Shown here: positions 47,134-54,674 of the stretch, in pieces | How positions within the stretch are numbered: position 1 is the stretch's first letter | Layout: the number at the start of each line of letters is the position of its first letter | Source of the DNA: an uncultured Acidobacteriota bacterium | Lineage (GTDB): Bacteria; Acidobacteriota; Terriglobia; Terriglobales; Acidobacteriaceae | Direction of reading: 5' to 3' | Assembly: GCA_963785865.1 (NCBI GenBank) | Contig: CAWAXF010000032.1 | Coordinates: 75,733 to 139,732 of the forward strand | DNA length: 64,000 nucleotides | Notes under the pieces: model-generated | Told to the model about the DNA's origin: nothing | Database searches by the model: none | What the model saw: only the letters and a program-made list of their open reading frames with translations | Position numbers and translations under genes: made by a program

Positions 47134-47751
47134 ATGAGTAAAGCACTATTAGCAGTCGTCGTCGTTCTGGTCGTGATCGCGCTCATTTTCTTCAGCCAGT
47201 ACGTGGGCGTTCGCAATACCCTGGTCGGCAAGAATGAAGCGGTTAAAGCCGCCTGGTCCCAAGTGGACATCGTTCTGCAGCGCCGCGCTGACTTGATTCC
47301 GAACCTGGTCGAGACCGTAAAAGGCTACGCCAAACAGGAGCAGACGGTCTTTGGAGACATCGCGAAAGCGCGCTCGGCCCTGCTTTCTGCCGGAACTCCG
47401 CAGCAAAAGATCGCTGCCAACGGACAATTGGACAATGCTCTCGGACGCCTGCTCGTAATTGTCGAGAACTACCCGCAACTTAAGTCGAATGAAAATTTCC
47501 TACGCCTGCAGGACGAACTCGCGGGCACAGAAAACCGCATCGCGGTAGAGCGCCGTCGCTACAACGACACCTTGCAGGACTACAACACCTATGTACAGAT
47601 GTTCCCGCACAACATCTTCGCGGCATGGGCGGGATTCAAAACCAACGATGCCTATTTCAAAGCGTCGGAAGGTTCGCGCGAAGCTCCGAAAGTAAATTTC
47701 AACAGTCCGACTACCCAGGCGCCTGCTTCCGAACCAGCTCCGGCGCACTAG
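47134..47751 (+). CDS. LemA-family protein
   Basis: ATG 47134 follows AGGAGG. It has an N-terminal TM, then N.L....E.V..AWSQVD..LQRRADLIPNLVETVKGYA.QE..VF and ENYP.LK.NENF..LQ.EL.GTENRI..ER..YN. Confidence 0.85.
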   Translation: MSKALLAVVVVLVVIALIFFSQYVGVRNTLVGKNEAVKAAWSQVDIVLQRRADLIPNLVETVKGYAKQEQTVFGDIAKARSALLSAGTPQQKIAANGQLDNALGRLLVIVENYPQLKSNENFLRLQDELAGTENRIAVERRRYNDTLQDYNTYVQMFPHNIFAAWAGFKTNDAYFKASEGSREAPKVNFNSPTTQAPASEPAPAH

Positions 47752-47990
47752 CTGTGTGGGGCGGGCGCCCTCGTCCGCCCTGCGCAGCCAAGCTCGATTG
47801 CGAACCTGTTACCAAAGTAACCGGTGGGCATTGCAGTTCCTCAGTGGTTAACACATATACGGAACTCCCTGTATGGTCTTATCAGGAGCATAGTTCCATT
47901 ATTGACACACCGCCGACCCTGACGCGAGCTCGCCCGTTAGCTCGCAGATATATGCCTCCGACAACCGACGTTGGAGCATCCAATACTTTA

Positions 47991-48416
47991 ATGAGTAACA
48001 GCGGCCCCCTTCGCGTGCTGGTAGTGGATGACAATGAGAGCGTGCGCCGCAGTGTGCGTCAACTACTCAATGCAGAACCTGACATACAGATAGTCTCAGA
48101 GGCTGTAGACGGGGGCGATGCGATCCGCAAGGCCAGAGAACATACTCCTGATCTAGTGCTCATGGACATCACCATGCCCACCATGAACGGCCTCGAAGCC
48201 ACCCAGATCATCAAGCAGGAAATTCCCTCGATTCAGGTTGTAATGTTCAGTCAACATGATTCTCGGGGATTTCAGTGGGCGGCGCTGGCGGCAGGTGCGA
48301 GTGGATACGTTGTTAAGGCTGATGCTTCGCGCGATTTGATTCCGCAGGTGCGAAAGGTTCAGAAAACAGCCAGCCCTCCCTTGACCAGCTTCGACCACTG
48401 GTCCGCGAAAAAGTGA
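47991..48416 (+). CDS. Stand-alone response-regulator receiver domain (NarL-type receiver, no output domain)
   Basis: VLVVDDNE, the DLVLMDITMP phospho-acceptor, VVMFSQH, and the GYVVK lysine. About 141 aa from ATG 47991. Confidence 0.8.
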   Translation: MSNSGPLRVLVVDDNESVRRSVRQLLNAEPDIQIVSEAVDGGDAIRKAREHTPDLVLMDITMPTMNGLEATQIIKQEIPSIQVVMFSQHDSRGFQWAALAAGASGYVVKADASRDLIPQVRKVQKTASPPLTSFDHWSAKK

Positions 48417-48588
48417 CTCTGCCAAATAAGCCCGAACTGATCCAGCAGACTCCATGCTGTCGATATACCCCGGAGCAGGAGGAAAACGGAAAACCTGTTG
48501 CCCGTATGGTGGTGTATGAGGCTTTGGGTACGCAGTAGAGGACACAATCGGCACAGCACGCCAACGAGTGGACTGTCATCTACGCAGT

Positions 48589-49029
48589 CTATTTGTCATC
48601 CAGGTACTCCTCAGGAACATCGTCCTCCGGCACCTCACGCGTGCGCACCTCGCGCTCGTCAGCATTGTCGGCCTCCTCGACCCCGGCAACGGCCCCGGCT
48701 TCAAAGAGATTTCCTTCTTCCACTAGTTCGTCAACGCTTTCCGAGTCAGCCTGCTGCGCCCGGGATAAGCCTTGCAGATCTCCCGACTGACGGCTCGCCG
48801 CCATCCCGCTTGCAGTGCGGTTCTTACGACGAATGTCCTGATTGATTTCGCGTTCGGAGCTTACCGATGCTCTTTTCTTGCGGCTACCACCGGATCTCGA
48901 CGCTTTCTTCTGAGTTGGTTTTCTCTTCGGCGCTTTGTTCGCAGTTTTTGACTTGCGCTGTACCGCTTTCTTCTTTCGTGGAGTCGCGCGTTTCTGTTTG
49001 GTCTTCGTCTTCTTTTTCTTCGGGGGCAT
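48589..49029 (-). CDS. Hypothetical protein with an extremely Lys/Arg-rich N-terminal half and an acidic C-terminal half
   Basis: The N-terminus reads MPPKKKKTKTKQKRATPRKKKAVQRKSKTANKAPKRKPTQKK.... The C-terminus reads DELVEEGNLFEAGAVAGVEEADNADEREV..EVPEDDVPEEYLDDK. The overlapping plus-strand ORFs look antisense-like. No clear RBS. Confidence 0.45.
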   Translation of the reverse strand: MPPKKKKTKTKQKRATPRKKKAVQRKSKTANKAPKRKPTQKKASRSGGSRKKRASVSSEREINQDIRRKNRTASGMAASRQSGDLQGLSRAQQADSESVDELVEEGNLFEAGAVAGVEEADNADEREVRTREVPEDDVPEEYLDDK

Positions 49030-49169
49030 GGCGGCAGTCTATCACTAATACCCGCAAGGTGATCGAATGCCCAATGCGTCTTCAACTCACAAAGCAAGGA
49101 TTGCTCGGCGAGTGAATTTGCGTGAGTGGAGGCCTCACGGCGATTGCAGGAAATCTATGAATACAGATT

Positions 49170-50786
49170 TCAACTCGAGTTCTCGTTCGCAACCGCAAAT
49201 TCATCAAATCCCGGCCGTAGTGCACCAGCTCGAAACGGAATCATTCGCCATGCAACTACCGCGCTAGCTATGGCGAGGGTGGCGCAAATCAACATGATCA
49301 TTCGAAAACCAAAGACGAACGATCGCGTAATCGCGGTTCGAATCCTCGCCGTCGTTTGCGGGTCTTGATCGAGTGGTGCATCAAGACTACCAAGCTTCGT
49401 GACGTTCGCCTCAAGCTCTTTCACCACCCTCGGGTTCAGAGCCTGAGTAGCGAGAGACTTTCGCAATGAGTGCGCGAAGCTCCCCACCATGATGAGTCCT
49501 AGAACCGCTATCGCCAAGACGCCCGCGACTCGAGCGACCGCGTTATTGATTCCCGAGGCCGTTCCAGCTCGATCAGCTTCCACGGAACTCATCACTACGG
49601 TTGTCAACGGGGCTACGCTTACGGCCATGCCCAGCCCCAGAACAACAAAAGCAGGAAACAGGTTGGTCCAGTAATTGGCATTCGCCGAGGAGGCGGCGAA
49701 CAAAAGAAAACCAGCGGCCGCAATGAGTGGACCTGTAATGAGAGGCGCCTTCGGCCCATAACGTCCGACCAGTCCGCCTGACCATCGCGAAAGAAAGAAC
49801 ATGAGCAAAATCATTGGCAGCGCCGCCGCGCCAGTTGCCGTTGCAGAATATCGGTGCACTTGAATTAAGTTGAGTGGAAACAGAAAAAAGAAAATGCCAA
49901 GCGCCGCATAGAGTAAGAGTGTCAACAGATTCGCGCCGCTGAAACTCGCGGAACGAAACAGCTCCAGCGGAACCATCGGTGCAGTTACGCGCTTCTCGAC
50001 AATCGGAAAAAGAATTAGGCAAACGCAGCCAGTTAACAAACTTGCCAGTACGCGAGGCCGGCTCCAACCCAGGCTCGCGGATTCCAGGAAACCATACACC
50101 AATACCGCCAGGCCAATGGTTGCGATGGCCGCTCCCCGCCAATCAGCGCTTCTAGCTTGGGAACTGCGAGACTCCGGCACATGCCACAGAGAAATCGCAA
50201 TCACCAGAGCGGCCATTGGCACATTGATCCAGAACACCCAGTGCCACGAAGCGTGTTCAATCAACCATCCTCCGAGAACCGGGCCAAGAGCGCTGGTGAT
50301 CGCGGTAAAACCCGACCAGGTGCCGATTGCTTTTCCGCGGGACTTTTCATCAAACGATGCACTGATGATTGCCAGGCTGCCGGGCACCAGGAAGGCGGCG
50401 GCAATCCCCTGAATGCAGCGCCAGACCACCAAAGCTGTGATGCTGGACGACAAGCCACACCCAGCAGAGGCCAGGGCGAAGACTCCGACACCCAGCAGAA
50501 ACATCGCTCGGCGTCCAAGTGAATCGCCCAGCGCACCGCCCACCAGGATTAGAGAAGACAGAAATAATCCATACGACTCGACCACCCATTGGACATCAAC
50601 CACGGTAGCGTGGAGACTGGATTGAAGCGCGGGCAATGCGACGTTCACGACTGTACTGTCGATAAAAGCCATGCTTGAACCCAGGATCGTAGCGGCAAGC
50701 ACCCAGGGCCGCGAGTTGGCGGCGCATGTTTTCGTAGGAGTTCCGACCCGCATCACCCCCTCATCGCATGGCTGCTTCATTCTCAA
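49170..50786 (-). CDS. MFS transporter, DHA2 (14-TM EmrB/QacA-like) family
   Basis: About 14 hydrophobic segments. MFS motif A-like LGDSLGRR and motif C-like GPVLGGWL. The start is uncertain. Confidence 0.8.
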   Translation of the reverse strand: MRMKQPCDEGVMRVGTPTKTCAANSRPWVLAATILGSSMAFIDSTVVNVALPALQSSLHATVVDVQWVVESYGLFLSSLILVGGALGDSLGRRAMFLLGVGVFALASAGCGLSSSITALVVWRCIQGIAAAFLVPGSLAIISASFDEKSRGKAIGTWSGFTAITSALGPVLGGWLIEHASWHWVFWINVPMAALVIAISLWHVPESRSSQARSADWRGAAIATIGLAVLVYGFLESASLGWSRPRVLASLLTGCVCLILFPIVEKRVTAPMVPLELFRSASFSGANLLTLLLYAALGIFFFLFPLNLIQVHRYSATATGAAALPMILLMFFLSRWSGGLVGRYGPKAPLITGPLIAAAGFLLFAASSANANYWTNLFPAFVVLGLGMAVSVAPLTTVVMSSVEADRAGTASGINNAVARVAGVLAIAVLGLIMVGSFAHSLRKSLATQALNPRVVKELEANVTKLGSLDAPLDQDPQTTARIRTAITRSFVFGFRMIMLICATLAIASAVVAWRMIPFRAGALRPGFDEFAVANENSS

Positions 50787-50959
50787 TCTGGATGCTTAAA
50801 CGCTGCGGAGGGATTCCGGCATCGTAAAAGGTGAGAAGGCGTCCCAACCTGACTCAATCAGCAGTTGAGGGATTTCACGTCTGATTGCAACCGCAGATGG
50901 AGGAGAACTCTGCCCGTTGGCGGCGACTTCGGCGCCGGGCAGGCTTCAGAGCGTTACTT

Positions 50960-52102
50960 CTACAACATCACCGTCTTCTGACTTCGTGCTGCCTCATAGA
51001 TCGCCTGGATGATCGTCAGATCGCGCAGACCCTCTTCTCCAGGCGTGAGCGGCTGGCGATTTGCCTGCACACAATCGGACATATGATCCATTTCAGCGGC
51101 GAAGTGGTCGACTTCTGGAACATCGTGTTGCTCGATGACATTGCCGCGTTCGATCCAGAGGCGCAAGCCGCTGTACCAGGTGGCCGGGTCCAGGCACAGA
51201 CGAGCCTCGGTTCCGAGAACGCGATAATGGCTCTGATGGAAGTAGCCATAGCTGGAGGTGCAATTCGCCAGCACTCCGCTGGGGAATCGCAACTGGAAGC
51301 TTACATGTTCCTCAACTTCCTTAAATCGCGCATCGCCCGGCGTGCTGTAGATCATTGCATTCACTTCAGTCGGTTCCTCACCAGTCAGGTAGCGGCACGC
51401 GTTCAGCGCGTAGATTCCAATATCCATCAGAGATCCGCCACCCGCCATTTTCTTCTTCAGGCGCCATTGACTAGGATCGCCAATAGGAAAGCCCGCATCC
51501 GCCAGGATCATCTGCGTGGGGCCAAGCTCTTTGGAACGCGCAATACGAATCGCTTCCTGGTTGTGAGGTTCGTAGCGGCAGCGATATGCCACCATCAGCT
51601 TGCGATCCGCTTTTCGAGCCGCATCGATCATGTGCCGGCATTCGTCAGGCGTGTTCGCCATTGGCTTTTCGGTCAGAACATGCTTTCCGGCTTGCAGAGC
51701 GCGAACCGTGTATTCGGCGTGCATGCCGTTGGGCAAAACGACATAGACAACGTCGATTTCCGGGTTGTCCTTGAGCGAGTCGTAGTTGTCGTAGTTGTAG
51801 ATGTTCCTGGAACTGACGCCATAGCGCTGCGCCAGTTTGTTGGCTTTGTCGGCATGGCCGCTTACTAAGGCAATCACCTTCGATTTTTCGCATTTGGCAA
51901 AAGCCGGCAAAATCTGATTAATAGCGAGACTGCCCAGGCCGACGATGGCCCAACCTAGCTTCTTGCCAGGCGGATCCGGCACTTTGACTTGGGCGTCAGC
52001 ATTTTTTAGCAGCGAACCCGCCAGGTTGGCTGCCAGAACTCCGCCGCCCACTCTGGTGATAAATCCGCGCCGCGTGATCTCTTTGGAAAAATATTTCGCC
52101 AT
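50960..52102 (-). CDS. Tat-exported Gfo/Idh/MocA-family oxidoreductase (glucose-fructose oxidoreductase-like)
   Basis: Twin-arginine leader ITRRGFITRVGGGVLAA. Rossmann GWAIVGLGSLAINQILPAF and EKPMA motif. Confidence 0.85.
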   Translation of the reverse strand: MAKYFSKEITRRGFITRVGGGVLAANLAGSLLKNADAQVKVPDPPGKKLGWAIVGLGSLAINQILPAFAKCEKSKVIALVSGHADKANKLAQRYGVSSRNIYNYDNYDSLKDNPEIDVVYVVLPNGMHAEYTVRALQAGKHVLTEKPMANTPDECRHMIDAARKADRKLMVAYRCRYEPHNQEAIRIARSKELGPTQMILADAGFPIGDPSQWRLKKKMAGGGSLMDIGIYALNACRYLTGEEPTEVNAMIYSTPGDARFKEVEEHVSFQLRFPSGVLANCTSSYGYFHQSHYRVLGTEARLCLDPATWYSGLRLWIERGNVIEQHDVPEVDHFAAEMDHMSDCVQANRQPLTPGEEGLRDLTIIQAIYEAARSQKTVML

Positions 52103-52104
52103 GA

Positions 52105-53043
52105 TTATTTCTGCTCCTTCGCGGCGTGCTCCCGACGAATCTCCTCCAGCCTTCTCTTCCGGAATTCCTCATATTCGCGCTTCAGATTCGGATCGGTCGG
52201 CGAACCGTAGATCTCGCTGGATTTGAATTTCCCCTCGGCAAATTTCTTCTTCGTCCACTCGTCGTGGACGTGAATTTCGTCGGCCTTGTCTAGAACTTCC
52301 TGCACAAATTGCGGTGGAATGAAGTAGATACCCTCGCGGTCGCCAACGACCAGATCGCCTGGCATGACGGTCGTATCCCCGATGCGGACCGGAACATTGA
52401 TTCCCGTCAACATAACGTTGCCAATCGGCGTAGGATCGACGGCGCGAAAATAGGCAGGCATGGCAATCTCGAAGATGCCATTCAAATCACGCACGCTTCC
52501 ATCCACCACCAGGCCGCCGCCATGCGTCGCCTGATTGACGTAGAAGAAGAGATTGTCGCCGACAATTGTGCCGTTTACTTTTTTGCCGAACAGGTCGACC
52601 ACTAATACGTCTCCGGGCTGGAGCATATCGATTGCCGTCTGGTTCATGAGGCTCGGAAGTCCGTGAGCTTTCGCCTTCTCGGTAGCGACATCGTTCACGT
52701 CAGCCCGCAGAGGCATGAACTGCACCGTGAAAGCGCGCCCCACCATTGGCGTTCCGGGATGAAGTATCTGGAACCCGTCGGCATACTGGTTGTTGTAGCC
52801 CTTCTCCTGCAACACTGACCAGATTTCTTCAGAAGACAGCTCGCGAGCGCGCTCCAGCAGCCGATCTGGAACTTTCGGACGTCCATCGGGCAATCGGTCG
52901 AAAGGACTTTTGGCGGTGTAATCGGCGAGTTCCTGTTTCGAGAATTGATTCAGTTGGGCAGAGCTGGCCGGGATTAAAAGGAGCGATATCAACCACGCTG
53001 AGATTACAGCCACAAAGCTGGAGACACGGCTGCGAAGAATCAT
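52105..53043 (-). CDS. RraA-family (RraA/HMG-aldolase-like) protein with an N-terminal signal peptide
   Basis: ATG 53043 follows GGGAGG. It has a signal-like MILRSRVSSFVAVISAWLISLLLIPASSAQ. The RraA-type core reads VGRAFTVQF..., LQPGDVLVVD, GDNL, GLVVDGSVRD. Confidence 0.7.
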   Translation of the reverse strand: MILRSRVSSFVAVISAWLISLLLIPASSAQLNQFSKQELADYTAKSPFDRLPDGRPKVPDRLLERARELSSEEIWSVLQEKGYNNQYADGFQILHPGTPMVGRAFTVQFMPLRADVNDVATEKAKAHGLPSLMNQTAIDMLQPGDVLVVDLFGKKVNGTIVGDNLFFYVNQATHGGGLVVDGSVRDLNGIFEIAMPAYFRAVDPTPIGNVMLTGINVPVRIGDTTVMPGDLVVGDREGIYFIPPQFVQEVLDKADEIHVHDEWTKKKFAEGKFKSSEIYGSPTDPNLKREYEEFRKRRLEEIRREHAAKEQK

Positions 53044-53272
53044 TCTGAGAAGAGCCTCCCACTGGAAAGATGTCCCGAAAGCTCTCAAATAGCAGCCTAT
53101 TTGTCAATCGCAAAACTTCGGCAGGCAGCTTACAATCCTGATCTTGCAATAGTGAGAACGGTAATTCAGTCGCGCTGTCCGACAGGTGAAGACGGTGCCA
53201 CAACCGCCGAAGTTGGCGGGAGCGGAGCAGTCGATCTCGATTCAATTTGCATTCTTCAAAGGTGGAATCACA

Positions 53273-54634
53273 ATGAGCAAACATCAGTTTAGCCGTCGCG
53301 ATGTGATCAAGAGTTCGGCCCTCGCCTTAGGGGGCGGATTGCTCCTCGAGGAACCGCTGGCCGCTTATCCCAGGACAGTGAACACGAATTCGGCGCCTTC
53401 GACTCTGAAGATCACAGACATGCGAGTGGCCACTGTAGTGAAGCCCGGTCCGAGCCCCTGTCCCATCATTCGACTGGACACCAACCAGGGAGTGTATGGC
53501 CTGGGGGAAGTCCGGGACGGCGCCAGCGCGACGTACGCGCTCTTTCTGAAAAGCCGCATTGTCGGCGAGAACCCTCTGCAACTCGACAGAATATTCCGCA
53601 AGATCAAGCAGTTCGGCGGACATGCGCGCCAAGGAGGAGGTGTATGTGCCATCGAAATGGCGTTGTGGGACATCGCCGGCAAGGTTTACAACGCGCCCGT
53701 TTACGCGATGGTGGGCGGCGGCAAGTTTCGCGACAAAATTCGCATTTACGCCGACACCACCGAATCCAAAGACCCGAAAATTTACGCGCAACGCATGAAG
53801 GAACGGAAAGAAGGAATGGGGCTCACCTGGCTCAAGATGGATCTTGGGGTTGAAATGGTGTCCGATACGCCAGGCACGCTGACGTCACCTTCGGACCTGA
53901 GCCCGTGGGAGCAGAATCAGTTCGAGCATCCATTCATCGCCAACGAAGTCACAGACAAGGGCATTGCAATGCTGGAACAGTATGTAGCGGCCGTCCGTGA
54001 CGCGGTAGGTATGGAAGTTCCTCTATCCATGGACCACCTCGGGCATCTGGGTGTGAAGTCGATCATTCGACTGGGAAAGGCTTATGAGAAGTACAACCTG
54101 TCCTGGTTGGAAGACGTGATTCCCTGGACCTACACCGAGTTGCTGAAACAGATTTCGGATCAAAGCCCGACGCCGATTTTGACCGGCGAAGACATATACC
54201 TGAAAGAGCCTTTCAAGGTGCTCTGCGAGAAGCATGCGGTTAGCAAAATTCAGCCGGACCTGGCGACCTCCGGAGGCATTCTGGAGACGCATAAGATCGG
54301 TGATATGGCGGAGGAATATGGCGTCCCCATGGCTATGCACTTCGCCGGCACTCCGGTGAGTTGTATGGCTAATGTGCATTGCGCCGCCGCGACCCAAAAC
54401 TTTCTGGCGCTGGAGAATCACTCGCTCGACGTGCCCTGGTGGGGCTCGCTCGTTCAGGAGTACACCAAGACCCCGCTCGTAAATCACGGATGGATCGAAG
54501 TACCGGATCGGCCCGGACTGGGAGTGACGCTGAACGAAGATGTGGTTCGACAACACCTCGCACCCGGTACTGGGTATTTCGAACCCACTACAGAGTGGGA
54601 CAAAGAGCGATCCTGGGACCGTCTGTGGAGTTGA
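53273..54634 (+). CDS. Tat-signal-bearing enolase-superfamily enzyme (mandelate racemase/galactonate dehydratase family)
   Basis: SRRDVIKSSALALGGG twin-arginine leader. The core has GLGE, AIEMALWDIAGK, LKMD, LSWLED, and TGED metal and acid/base motifs. Confidence 0.8.
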   Translation: MSKHQFSRRDVIKSSALALGGGLLLEEPLAAYPRTVNTNSAPSTLKITDMRVATVVKPGPSPCPIIRLDTNQGVYGLGEVRDGASATYALFLKSRIVGENPLQLDRIFRKIKQFGGHARQGGGVCAIEMALWDIAGKVYNAPVYAMVGGGKFRDKIRIYADTTESKDPKIYAQRMKERKEGMGLTWLKMDLGVEMVSDTPGTLTSPSDLSPWEQNQFEHPFIANEVTDKGIAMLEQYVAAVRDAVGMEVPLSMDHLGHLGVKSIIRLGKAYEKYNLSWLEDVIPWTYTELLKQISDQSPTPILTGEDIYLKEPFKVLCEKHAVSKIQPDLATSGGILETHKIGDMAEEYGVPMAMHFAGTPVSCMANVHCAAATQNFLALENHSLDVPWWGSLVQEYTKTPLVNHGWIEVPDRPGLGVTLNEDVVRQHLAPGTGYFEPTTEWDKERSWDRLWS

Positions 54635-54674
54635 TCACCGCAGTGGCCTGCGTGCAATTCTAGCGTCTGATGTT

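Noticed and set aside
17480-47780. Several intergenic hairpins share a CGCCCTCG(G) core (17487, 44936, 47766), considered as a dispersed REP-like repeat family.
   Set aside because: Only about 8 nt are shared, and the flanks and stem lengths differ. Three loose instances are insufficient. Genome-wide repeat counting would be needed.
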